This document shows, in pieces, positions 49,020 through 60,400 of a stretch of 64,000 bases of DNA. The position numbers and the translations under genes are program-made. Within the stretch, counting starts at the first letter, position 1; the number at the start of each line of letters is the position of its first letter. The notes below the pieces were generated by a model. It did not search any database, was not told the DNA's origin, and worked only from the letters and a program-made list of their open reading frames with translations. Source of the DNA: Planctomycetota bacterium (GTDB lineage: Bacteria > Planctomycetota > UBA1135 > GCA-002686595); assembly GCA_029259635.1 (NCBI GenBank), contig JAJDEU010000009.1, positions 1-64,000 of the forward strand. Reading direction: 5' to 3'.

Positions 49020-50932
49020 ACCTCGTCGCCCAAGACGCCGAAAATGAGGTGCTTGCCTTCGTACTCAATAGAGTTCAACTCGCAGTCATCCACGAATGGG
49101 TTCTCCGCCAGAATCGCCAGGTACGAGCCCTCTGCCAGCGGGTCCCCCCAGCGCCGGAACTTGCGCTGTTCGAACCAATTCAAGAGCGCCGCTGCGCTCT
49201 CCTCCGTTGTCGGTACGAGAACGGACCGTTCTCCCGGCAAGCAGGAACTTTCAAGGGCGTAGTGAGAGCCGTCGTCTGCGATGAGCACGAACTCTTCGAT
49301 CTCCGCCGTGAGCTCGTTGGAGATCTCGAAGCTCTCGCCGCTCTTTTCGACTCCGACGCGGAGTCGAGCGGGAGCGTCACTGCCAATCAAAACTTCCACC
49401 GGCACTCGTGCCGGCAAGTAGCTGGCGGTCAAGGAGACTCCACCGCTCATATTGATCAGGTAATCCGAGGTGGAGGAGGAGAAAGCGCCATAGCCCCTTC
49501 CCTCCCGTCCGAATTGGTTGGGGAGACAGACGGTGCCCGGTCCCGGAAGTATTCCGCCCCGTGTCGCGAGCCCGGCGTAGAGCTTTCGCAAGGCCACGCT
49601 GCTGGATTGATGAGTGCGCTGATCCAAAACCGTCATCGAGTATTCCGCGCTTTTGACATCCAAGCCTTGATAGATGATGCCGTAGAAAAGCACAGCTCCG
49701 GTACTGAGTAGCGCGATCGTCGGAATCGTGATCAACAAGAGCACCTCGCGCTTCATCTTCTTCAGAGTGATGAAATTCGCAGGCCCGACCAGTATTGCGA
49801 ACAGAAGCATGAGAACTCCGAATCCGCGGTAGGGCAATTCGCCGAGTGCATCGAGCTCTGGCCACTTCGTCCAACGACCCGAATTTCTTTGAGGTTCGAT
49901 TCCCTGATTGTCTGCGAGGACCCAACTCGCAACAGAACCCCAGTCATCGGCATCTGTGGGATCGCATATCACGACCGCCCCCAGTCCCATACTCCACGCC
50001 TTCAGCTCGCTATTGAGGCGCAGGAATCGATCCTCCATCCACGGGCGAACTAACGAAAGCGAGCGCGCCTGAGCCTCGGCATCCTTGCCCATAAAGACCA
50101 AGGTTCCGCCCAAGCGCACCCACGTGAGGACCGGAGCGAGTTCGCTCTCGGTAAGCATGCCGTGTCCGAGCTCAACGACGACCGCGGACAGACTGGTATA
50201 GGGCTCCATTCGCCCTGGAAGATCATCGGCTACAAGTCCGGACACGAAAACCCGAGCCTCATTGTCGTCAAAAAAGTCCCCCACCATTTCCAGATCGGAA
50301 GACGCTAACGCACGCCGACTCGTCACCAAGATCGAGTGCGAATCCCCCGGCTCCTCCTGCATCGAGAAGTTCGCGTTGTATTGATCATCCGATTCATTCA
50401 ATCGCAGCTGTAAGGTCGTGACCCTGACAGAGCTTACGCTCATTCCGCTTGAATAGCCGTACGAGTCTGACTCGACCTCAAACGCCGGCATGATCAGCTC
50501 GATGCGTCGTCTCTCGCCGGGCCCGAGCACCACTCGGGATCGCGAGGTGTAACGGGTGGTCCAGGAATTGCCATGGCGACTGGCTTCGATCGAAAGGCGG
50601 CGCTCGTCCTTCGACTTGTTTTCGAGGTCCAGCAGAATGGGGTAGTAGCCTTCCTTCAAAGCTCCTGGCCAACCGGTTTGGGTTCGTATCGAGACGCCGT
50701 GAAGCTCACTGAATTGAACGTCAGAGGGAGCGATGACAGGCATTCCCGAGGGCGACGGCGGCGACACGGGCTTAGCCTCGATGACGTGAGTCGCTTGAAC
50801 ACCTTGAGCCGGCGCTACTTCAACGCCAGCTGAGGGCCCAGCCGAGAGCCCTGCCGAGAGCGCTGCCGAGAGCGCGACGATCGCCGAAAACAAGGCTAGC
50901 GGCTTGAACCAGCCCAACCTACTCGAGCCCAC
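49010..50932 (-). CDS. hypothetical exported, membrane-anchored protein (GldG-like auxiliary component is only a guess)
   Basis: Signal peptide with Ala/Ser/Gly repeat. TM helix about 190 aa from the C-terminus. Translationally coupled to MoxR upstream and the ABC ATPase downstream. Confidence 0.45.
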   Translation of the reverse strand: MGSSRLGWFKPLALFSAIVALSAALSAGLSAGPSAGVEVAPAQGVQATHVIEAKPVSPPSPSGMPVIAPSDVQFSELHGVSIRTQTGWPGALKEGYYPILLDLENKSKDERRLSIEASRHGNSWTTRYTSRSRVVLGPGERRRIELIMPAFEVESDSYGYSSGMSVSSVRVTTLQLRLNESDDQYNANFSMQEEPGDSHSILVTSRRALASSDLEMVGDFFDDNEARVFVSGLVADDLPGRMEPYTSLSAVVVELGHGMLTESELAPVLTWVRLGGTLVFMGKDAEAQARSLSLVRPWMEDRFLRLNSELKAWSMGLGAVVICDPTDADDWGSVASWVLADNQGIEPQRNSGRWTKWPELDALGELPYRGFGVLMLLFAILVGPANFITLKKMKREVLLLITIPTIALLSTGAVLFYGIIYQGLDVKSAEYSMTVLDQRTHQSSSVALRKLYAGLATRGGILPGPGTVCLPNQFGREGRGYGAFSSSTSDYLINMSGGVSLTASYLPARVPVEVLIGSDAPARLRVGVEKSGESFEISNELTAEIEEFVLIADDGSHYALESSCLPGERSVLVPTTEESAAALLNWFEQRKFRRWGDPLAEGSYLAILAENPFVDDCELNSIEYEGKHLIFGVLGDEVWR

Positions 50933-52046
50933 TGGTTACGGCCGCGACGGAGTTCAAAAGCTCATCGACGATGTCCCGCTGAGAGACACCGTCCAATCGC
51001 GCGCGGTAATCCAAAACGAGCCGGTGCGCGAGTGCGGACGGAGCGACGGCGCGAACATCGTCAAAGCCGACGTTCGGCTTGCCCGAGATGAGAGCGTGCG
51101 CGCGCGCCGCTTCCGAGAGCGCGATCGCCGCGCGGGGCGAGCCTCCGAACCGAACGTAATCCACGACTTTCGCGGGTGCGTTCGATGAACTCGGATGGCT
51201 CGAGTCGACGAGGCGCGTCAGGTATTCCACCACTGCATGCGGAAGGAAAATGTCGGCGACGTCGTTGAAGAGCTGTTCGAGCTCTTCGGCGCTAATTACG
51301 GGTTCGAGTTCCGGCGGCTTTCCCGCGCGCCGTTCGGTAACGATGCGCGCGAGCGTCGCTTGCTCCACTCGCTTGACCTCCAGCTTGAAGAGAAAGCGAT
51401 CGAGCTGGGCCTCGGGCAACACGTAGGTCCCTTCGAGCTCGATTGGGTTTTGCGTCGCGAGCACATAGAACGGCGCCGGCAGATCGCGCGTTTCACCGAT
51501 AACGGTGACGCGCTTCTCGGCCATCGCTTCGAGCAGTGCCGACTGCGTCTTCGGAGAAGCGCGGTTGATCTCATCGGCGAGAAGCAGATTCGTGAACACC
51601 GGACCGGGATGGAAGACGAGTTCGCGCGATCCGCTGCCAGTCTCCTCAAGAATGTGTCCACCCGTAATGTCTCCAGGTAGAAGATCCGGCGTGAACTGCA
51701 GTCTTCGAAAATCGAGACCGAGCAACGCGGCGAGCGCCTTGACGAGCTCCGTCTTGCCGAGTCCGGGCAAGCCCTCGAGCAAGACGTGTCCTCGTGCGAG
51801 ACAGCTCACCAAAACAAGTCGAGTGAGCTCTTCTTGACCGAAGAGGCAAGTGTCGAGCCCTTCCAGCACTCGCGCCGCTATGCCCTGGGCTCGTTCGACT
51901 CTCTCCGGCGACAGCAGGACCGTTTCATCAGTAGAAGTCACAAGTGTCTCTCTTCCCAAAAGGTTCGCGTGTGACCGTATTAGTCGTCGCGTGAAAAAAA
52001 GTTTTGCACGGCTTCGCGATGGCGCGGTGCGAGCCGCCGCCGCCAC
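50919..52046 (-). CDS. MoxR-family AAA+ ATPase
   Basis: 'HVLLEGLPGLGKTELVKALAALLGLDFRRLQFTPDLLPGDITG' is canonical MoxR. Confidence 0.85.
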   Translation of the reverse strand: MAAAARTAPSRSRAKLFFTRRLIRSHANLLGRETLVTSTDETVLLSPERVERAQGIAARVLEGLDTCLFGQEELTRLVLVSCLARGHVLLEGLPGLGKTELVKALAALLGLDFRRLQFTPDLLPGDITGGHILEETGSGSRELVFHPGPVFTNLLLADEINRASPKTQSALLEAMAEKRVTVIGETRDLPAPFYVLATQNPIELEGTYVLPEAQLDRFLFKLEVKRVEQATLARIVTERRAGKPPELEPVISAEELEQLFNDVADIFLPHAVVEYLTRLVDSSHPSSSNAPAKVVDYVRFGGSPRAAIALSEAARAHALISGKPNVGFDDVRAVAPSALAHRLVLDYRARLDGVSQRDIVDELLNSVAAVTSGLE

Positions 52047-52315
52047 GAACTCTTGCCGATCGATCCGTCGACATCCACGAGCCCGGCGGCTTCACCTTGC
52101 CCGTCCACATTCGGCGCCGCTTGCGAAAGCCCAATCAACTGCGCCGACTCCAGATCCAATCGCTCGGCCCCGGGCAATGCCCGCGCCTCGAATTGATCCA
52201 CCCGGCCCTCGGTCTCCTCACCCCAGATCATCTCGGCGTCCCCGCGTCCACGAGAGACACCGCCGGCTCCGGGCCCCGCAGCAACCAGCGCGCCCCCGGC
52301 GCGCCCCAGCCCGCT

Positions 52316-53413
52316 TCATGTCCCGGCCTCGCAATCTTCCTCGCACTCGTGTTCTTTGAAGTCCTCCAGCTTGGCGAGCTCGCCCTGCTTCAGCTTGCTC
52401 GGATCGAGCAGGCCCGCGTCCGCCAAATCCAAAAGCTTGCCCTCCAGTAGTTCGGCAAGTTCATCGCTCAACTCGCCGAGCTGCGAAGCGTCCATCGCCT
52501 CGCCATCGGCGAGCATCGAGCTCTCCATGAGCTTCGAAAAGTCGTCCGAAAGCTCAGAGAGCAAGGCTTGATCGAGTCCCGCATCTTGAAGCTGCTTGAG
52601 CGCCGACTTCAACTCACTCTCCGCGCCTTCCGGATCGAACTCCGCGCTCTCGGCAGCTTCGCGCAACTCATCCATCGCACTCTCGGCAGCCGTCTGAGTT
52701 CCGAGCGCAAGCTCCTCCAATCTCGTCTCGATCTGATCCAAAGACTCCAAGATGGCCTCTGGCGAATCGCTCGCGAGTTCCGATTCGAGTTCTCCCAGCC
52801 GCTCTTCCAGCTCCGCCCGAGTGTCGTCTTCAAGCGCGACTTCCTCTTCGAGAACTTCGAGCTTCTCTCGCAACTCCTCGACGACCTTGTCGAAGTACGC
52901 GGTACTCGCCGTCACCGCGGGTTTCGGAATCGGAACCCACAAACAGGCCAACGCGAAGATCAATGCGGGAATGGTCTGAGTCGCAAGCGCTCTGAAGGTC
53001 GCGTGCGGAAGAACTCCGATTCTCGCGAGAGCCTGCTTGGCCGACGGTTTCCAGCGCTCATCGCCAAGCTCATAGTCCATGAGCAGTGTTCCGCGGCCTC
53101 CGCAACTCTCGTCTAGCCAAACCACCGCGTCCCCTGCGCGCGGTGCCGAACGGGAAGCCGCCCACCATGCTCCGACGATGACAAAGGGGAGTGCGCCGAA
53201 GAAGTACGCGCTCGTCGCCGTTGTCGCGCCGAGAAAACCGCGACCGACCAAGACAATGACCGCAGAAAGGATGAGCGCTCGCGCGAGCCAAGGACCCAGC
53301 CTCTTTACAAACCCGATCATTCGAGCCCGTTTGCGAATTGCGCTCAGGTTGGTTTCAAGCTCCGGAATCACAACGCGATCATACCTCTCATTGCATAAGC
53401 CTTGGCTCGTCAA
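52316..53413 (-). CDS. hypothetical membrane protein with acidic coiled-coil C-terminal domain
   Basis: 3-4 TM helices then a Glu/Leu-rich heptad region. Upstream of MoxR on the same strand. Start uncertain. Confidence 0.4.
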   Translation of the reverse strand: MTSQGLCNERYDRVVIPELETNLSAIRKRARMIGFVKRLGPWLARALILSAVIVLVGRGFLGATTATSAYFFGALPFVIVGAWWAASRSAPRAGDAVVWLDESCGGRGTLLMDYELGDERWKPSAKQALARIGVLPHATFRALATQTIPALIFALACLWVPIPKPAVTASTAYFDKVVEELREKLEVLEEEVALEDDTRAELEERLGELESELASDSPEAILESLDQIETRLEELALGTQTAAESAMDELREAAESAEFDPEGAESELKSALKQLQDAGLDQALLSELSDDFSKLMESSMLADGEAMDASQLGELSDELAELLEGKLLDLADAGLLDPSKLKQGELAKLEDFKEHECEEDCEAGT

Positions 53414-53542
53414 TTAGCCAATTCACAACTCCATGTTGGCGCTCTCGCAATTCAGGCCGATTTCGAGAGCGGCCACCGATAGAATTATTAGTATTGGGAA
53501 GCTCCGTTCGTTCCGCGATAAGGCCCAGCACTCAAGCTTTAC

Positions 53543-54139
53543 ATGCAACGCTCAAAGACAGTCAGCGACTACCTCAAGAAACATTCCGAGTGGAAGGACG
53601 AGCTGGCCAAGCTGCGCAAGATTCTCGTCGCAACCGAACTCGAAGAGACGATCAAGTGGGGCGCGCCCTGCTACACGATTGATGGGAAGAACGTCATCGG
53701 GCTTGCGGCCTTTACCGAGTACGCCGGCTTGTGGTTTCACCAAGGAGTCTTTCTGAAAGACGCCGACAAGCTCTTGGTCAATGCGCAGGCGGGCAAGACA
53801 AAGGGATTGCGCCAGTGGCGGTTTACGAGCGCGAAGGAGATCAAGGTCGCGAAGGTGAGGAGCTACGTCCTCGAAGCGATCGAGAATCAGAAGAGCGGCA
53901 AGACGGTGAAGGTCGAACGCAACCGCGCGATCGTCCTACCCGCCGAACTGAAGAAGGCTCTCGGCAAGAAAGCCAAGACGAAGAAGGCCTTCGACGCGTT
54001 GACGCCGGGCAAGCAGAGGGAGTACGCCGAGCACGTCGCTTCCGCCAAGCGCGCGGAGACGAAGGTCTCGCGGGTCGCCAAGATCGTGCCCATGATCGAA
54101 GCGGGGATCGGGCTGAACGACAAGTACCGAAGCTGCTAG
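53543..54139 (+). CDS. DUF1801 / YdeI-OmpD-associated family protein
   Basis: 'TIKWGAPCY...KNVIGLAAFTEYAGLWF' is DUF1801-like. Lys-rich C-terminal region is YdeI-like. Lower GC (about 58%) than neighbours. Confidence 0.5.
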   Translation: MQRSKTVSDYLKKHSEWKDELAKLRKILVATELEETIKWGAPCYTIDGKNVIGLAAFTEYAGLWFHQGVFLKDADKLLVNAQAGKTKGLRQWRFTSAKEIKVAKVRSYVLEAIENQKSGKTVKVERNRAIVLPAELKKALGKKAKTKKAFDALTPGKQREYAEHVASAKRAETKVSRVAKIVPMIEAGIGLNDKYRSC

Positions 54140-54463
54140 CCCGCAGCTCTGGCCCCGCGATTCACGAAATCCCGACAGGGCCCAAGAATCGGGGCGCAGA
54201 ATCGTAGGGAAAGCGTTTCCGTAGGCCATGTCCCCGACCGACGGTCGGCCTCAAAGAGGTTTAGAGAGTCGCGAGCCGTCGGGAGCTATGCTCGGAGACG
54301 AAGATGCTCGTGAACTCCCCAACAATTCTTCCGTTGGTGGCGTTAGTCCCTGCCGCTCGGGAAAGCAGCGCTTTCCATGGTGCGCGGGTACTCCGCGACG
54401 AACGACTCGCCGCTCCCAGTTCGCTGCGGCGTCGACTCAGAATTCCTACGAACGAATAGATTT

Positions 54464-57400
54464 ATGCGCGCTCTACTTTTGCCTCGGTTAGTGGCTTTTG
54501 CCCTCGCTCTTTTCGCCTTCAGCATCACCGCGAAAGGTCAAGGAACCCCGATCGGGTTCGACGAAAACTTTGCGTTGGCGCCAGACCGAGACCTCGCTCT
54601 CGAGGAGCTGATTCCCGGCACCGTCGAGTTCTATTTCTACACCTGCCTCCACGCTCAAAACGAGGGCCGGCTCGCGGATGCAAGACAGGCTCTGCGCGAC
54701 TGGAAAGCCAAGCACAACGAGGTCGGCCAGTATCAGGCGATGGAGTTTCGCCAAGCCTTGCTCCGCTACGAAGACGCGCCCAGAGAGACGATCGACTTCC
54801 TCGTCCGCGAGCTCGGCCTGCACTTCAACCACCAACAGAAGCGGAGCGGCAGCTCCCCCAACCTTCCGACGAGCCTCGATCCGAACCTGATTAGCTACGA
54901 GACCTTGCTCGCGCGATCCTTTAACCACGGGAGAGGAGCGATTGGCGAGTTTCAGGATCGCGCGCTGGCGGGGCTGGTCGGGCACAAAATGAGCGATGAA
55001 CAGCTCTCCGAATGGATCAAGCGCCTCCAGCGCCCCGACCTTCCGGGCTTAGCGGCGCTGGTTGTCCGCGAGCTCGAGCTAAAGAAGAATCCGCGCTTCG
55101 GTCGTCGCGGCATTCACAACCGTTTGCTCCTCAGCCAACTCGACGAGTGCGCGCAACTGCGACCCGAGCTCCTTGACGACACGGCTTTTGTCTCGGCCTA
55201 CCTCACGCGCTTAGCACCCGGCGCCGACGCCGACCTCACCCTCCCGATCGTCCGTCACGAGCACCTCGAGCGACTGGAAACCTTCGCTCGCCGCCTCTCG
55301 CCCGCCTTCAACTCCCTCCTCGCCCACGTCCTCTACCACCGCCTGCACCACGACTTCGAACGCGGTAACCCCAACCTTCCGCGCTTCCTCGAATACCTGC
55401 GTCTCCCGCGATCGACGTCCTACGGCAACAGCGACTACCTCCGCGGCAAGCAGCGAACGAACCTCAATCAGTCTTTCGCCACGGGCTACTCGCCGATCGG
55501 CGATGACGAACACCTCGTTCGAACCTACCTGCAGCACTTCTTCAACTCGGGCAGTTCGCTCGAACCGTTCGTCGGCCCACTCCATCGCCACTGGGTCGAG
55601 CGCGTCTTCGCGGAGACGATGATCCTCGCCGGTACCGGCGACATGGAGCGTTGGTACACGATGCTCGATGACCCGAGCTACTACGAGCGATTGAAGGAGC
55701 GCGTCGAACTCGAGTTTCCCGCGACGCAAGACCGACGCTTCGCCATCGACGAGACCGTTCAACTCGAACTCAACGTCAAGAATGTCGAGACGTTGATCGT
55801 CAAGGTCTTTGAGATCGACACGCTCGGTTTCTTCGACTCACAAACCGCCGGCACGCTGCGCGACATCGACGCGTCGATCGACCTCGACGGCCTCGTCGCC
55901 AGCCGCGAGCTGACCTTTACCTATAGCGAGCCCGCCCTGCGCCGCATCCGACGCGAGTTCACGTTCGAAGAGCTCGATCATCCCGGAGTCTGGGTGATCG
56001 ACTTCATCGGCGGCGGGCTCTCCAGTCGCGCCGTTGTTCGCAAGGGCAGCCTGTCCGCACTCGAACGCAGCGGTGCTGCCGGCCACAGCTTCCAAGTGTT
56101 GGACGGTCTCGGCGAGCCCGCCGACGGTGCATCGATCCGCTTCGCCGGCCGCGAGTACCAGCCGGACGAGCGCGGAGTGATCACCATCCCCTACTCGACC
56201 GAGCCCGGCACACGTCAGATGCTATTGCGGCAGGGCGACTTCGCCGTACTGAGCCAGTTCAATCACAACGCCGAGAGCTACTTGCTCGAAGCGGGTATTC
56301 ACATCGAGCGCGAGACGCTGCTCGCTGGCGCGACCGCCGACATCGTCGTCCGGCCCAGGCTGTCCATCAATCAGAACCCTGTCTCGCTCGCACTGCTCGA
56401 GGATGTGCGGCTCGAGATCACTTCGTTCGACCTCGGAGGGATCGCAACGACGCAGACGGTTCGTGACTTCGAGCTGTCCTCGACGAACGCGACCGTCCAC
56501 TCGATTCGCGTTCCCGAGCGCACCTCGCACCTGCGCGTTTCCCTGCACGGCGAAATCCGCAACTTGAGTCGCGTCGAAGATGTTTCGCTGAGCACAAACG
56601 CCACCGAGTTCGAGATCAACCAAATCGACAAGAGCACCGAGCTGTACACCGGCCTGATGACTCGGACGCCGGACGGATACATGCTGGACATTCGCGGGAA
56701 GAACGGCGAGCTGGTTGCTGATCATGCCGTGGAAGCCATTCTCTGGCATCGGGACTTCCAGATGCCGATTATCGCCCAGCTCAAGAGCGACGGCGAAGGC
56801 CGCGTTCACCTGGGGCACCTGAAAGGCATCGCCAGGTTGGAAGTGCATGAGATTGGAGACGCGTCTACCACTTGGTATTTGCAAGAGCCGCTTCGCGCGG
56901 GCTCGCCAGCGGCAATCTTCGGCGCGACCGGAACGACTCTGCGAGTGCCCTACGAGGGAGATCGGGCGAGCATGCATCCGTCGGTCGCTTCGCTACTGGA
57001 GCTGCGCGGAGGAATCCCCGCTGAAGACCGCTCGTCGCAGTTGAGTCTCGCGAACGGTTTCCTCGAGCTTCGAGGCTTGAGTGCGGGAGACTACGAGCTG
57101 ACTCTCCACGAGACGGACCAACGGTTACCGGTTCATGTCACGCAAGGTCCGCGTCAGTCGGGTTGGGGACTCGGCGCAGCCCGACGGCTCGAGCTCAGTG
57201 ACGCGACACCTTTTCAGATCGAGAGCGCGCGAATCGAGGGCGACGAGATTGTCGTCAAGCTCGCCAATGCTGGTCCGACGTCTCGCGTGCATTTTTCGGC
57301 GACGCGCTACCTGCCCGGCTTTGATCCGCATACCGATCTCGCACTTCAACAGCTCCGCGGTCTCCGCGAGCGGAGCGTCATCCGAAATGACTCCCTGCTC

Positions 57401-60400
57401 GCTTCCGGACGGGAAATCAGCGAAGAATACCGGTACATCCTCGAGCGCAGGCTCGCTCGCATTTTCCCCGGCAACATGCTCGGACGCCCCGCGCTCCTTC
57501 TGAATCCGTGGACCATTAACGAATCCACCGATACGCGCCTGGGCAGGCAATCGGGTTCGGGAGGAAGCTACGGAGGCAAATCCGGAATGAAAAAAGGAGG
57601 CGTGGCGCTCGGCGAAGAGCTGGATGCTCTTATCTACACGCTCGACTCCGCCACCTACGCCAACCTCGACTTCCTCCCCGGCCCCGCGCAGGTTTTGTGG
57701 AACCAGTTCCCCGGCGAGGACGGCGTTGTACGCCTGCCCCTGAAAGGGCTCGGCGACAACCACATCATTCGCATTGCCGCAATTGACCGTGGCGTCACGC
57801 TCTCACGCACAATCGTGCGCCCGGAAACGAAACTCGTTCCGCGCGACCGGCGCCTTCCCGCCAGCCTCGACACCGATCGCCACCTGACCGAGCATCGCCG
57901 TATCGAGTTCATCCAAGCGGACGAGACCGTCCCGCTCGGCGACTTGGCGTTCTCCGGAATTCGCACGCTCGACACGCTCGAGTCCGTGTTCAGACTCTAC
58001 GGAGCGCTCAGTGGAAACGCCGACCTCACGAAGTTCGAGTTTCTGGTCAACTGGCCCGATCTGAGTGAGGAAGAGCAACTCGCCAGCTATTCCGAGTTCG
58101 CCTGCCACGAGGTTCACGTCTTCTTGCGCGAGAAAGACCGCGAGTTCTTCGATCGCGTGGTCCGACCGTACCTCGCAAACAAGGCCGAGAAGACCTTTAT
58201 CGATCATTGGCTCTTGGAGAATGACCTCGGTCAGTACTTGGAGCCCTGGGCGTTCGAGAGGCTCAACATCGTCGAGCGCGTCTTGTTACTTCGCAGTCTC
58301 GGGACGACCGCACCGCGACATGTTCGCGAGCTCGTCGAGCTGTTTCCTCCGGATAACTTTGCGCTCTCGATGTACTTCGAGAGCGTGTTGGCGACGGGTG
58401 GGCTCGATGCGAGCGACGGGCTCGCGTCTCAATTGGCGAAGAGTAAGGAAGAGGCTCGCTCGCGGCTCAACGCGCCTAGTTCGAGCGCCCCGAGGACACG
58501 GAGCTCTACGGGCGTCGCGTCCGAAGATCTCGGGTTCTTCGCGGGAGATAGGCAGCGCGCGGGTGAGAAGAAGGACGTCAGCGAGAGTGAGATGCTCGAG
58601 GGCCTCGGCTACATGAGCGATGACAGTGACGAACTCGCTCTCGGACGCCGCGCAGATGTGCGTCAGTTCTTTCGCAACGTCGCCGCTACGCAAGAGCTCG
58701 CCGAGAGCCACTACTGGCACGTCACCGTTCAACGCATGACCGCGAACTTGATCGCGCCGAATCCGTTCTGGCAGGACTTCGCCGAGAACCCGAGCGACAC
58801 GCCGTTCGTCTCCGCGCGCTTTCCGCTCGCCGCGGGCAATCTGAGCGAGATGCTGCTCGCGCTGGCCTTCCTCGATCTGCCGTTCGAAGCCGAGGAGCAT
58901 CGCCTCGAGGACAAAGACAATCTCACGTCGCTGCATCCCGGATCGGCGCTCTTCTTGGCACGCAAGGACATCGCCGACGCGACGATCAGCGAGACCGCTC
59001 CGACCGTGCTCGTCGGCCAGGACTTCCTGCGCGATGACGACCGCACCATCCTCGAGAACGGCGAGCAGCGCGATCGCTTCGTCACTGACGAGTTTTTGCG
59101 TCGCGTCGTCTACGTCTGCCGAGTCGTGGTCACGAACCCCAGCTCGACACCGCTCAAGGTCGACGTGCTCTTGCAGGTTCCCGAGGGCGCGATCCCCGTC
59201 CAAGCCGGCTTCGAGACTCGCGGCGTCTCGGTGACTTTGGGCGCCTACGCCAGCCGATCGATCGAGTACTCCTTCTACTTCCCGGAAGCCGGCGAGTTCC
59301 GCCACTATCCCGTCCACGTCGGACGCGATGGCGAGCTGCTCGGCTTCGCGCCCGCACAGCCGATCGCCGTACTGATCAATCCGAGCACGGTCGACACGAC
59401 CTCCTGGCTGCACGTCTCCCAACGCGGCGACACCGAAGCCGTCATGGAGTTTCTGAGGCAGACCAACCTCAATCAGATCCAGCTGAATCGCATCGCTTGG
59501 CGAATGCGCGACCGCAAAGTCTTCGGCCGTGTGATCGACCTCTTGCGCGATCGCTATGCCTTCGACGCAACACTCTGGTCCTACGGCCTGCACCACCGCG
59601 ATGAAGCCGTAACGCGCGAGTTCCTCGAACATCGCGAAGACCTCGTCCACCGCTGCGGTTTAGCGCTCGCCTCCCCGCTGCTCTCCATCGACCCCGTCCG
59701 ACGTCGACTCTACGAGCACCTGGAGTACGACCCGTTGATTCACGGGCGCGCGCACCGCTTTGGCAATCAGCGTCAGATCTTGGATCGCGATGTCGCCCAG
59801 CAGTATCTCGCCTACATGCGCGTGCTCTCTTTCCTGCCGACGCTCGACAGCGATCACCGAATGGAGATCACCTACTACTTGGCGTTGCAGGATCGCGTCG
59901 AGGAGGCGCTCGACATGTTCGAGACGGTCAAACAAGACGAGCTGGAGACACGCATCCAGTACGACTACATGCGCGCCTATCTCGACTTCTACACCGGCGA
60001 GCTGGACGATGCGCGCAGTATCGCAACAGCCTACGCCGAGCATCCGGTTGAGCGCTGGCGTGCACGTTTCGCGAACGTCCTCGAACAGCTCGATGAGGCT
60101 GACGGCGGAGACACCGCCGGAACGAGTGATCCGAACAGTCGCGAGCAAACTCAGGGCGTTCTGGCATCGACCGAGCCGAGCCTGGAGTTCGAAGTCGAAG
60201 CTCGCCGCATCAAGCTCGCCCACGCCAACCTCGATTCGTGCGTCGTCAGCTACCGCAAGATGGACATCGAGTTCTTGTTCTCGACGAATCCCTTCTTGAA
60301 GGCCGGCTCGAGCTCCTTCGCATTCATCAAGCCCAATCGGACCGACACGATTGCGCTCGATCGAATGACCGGGGAGAACGAGATTGCCCTTCCCACTGAG

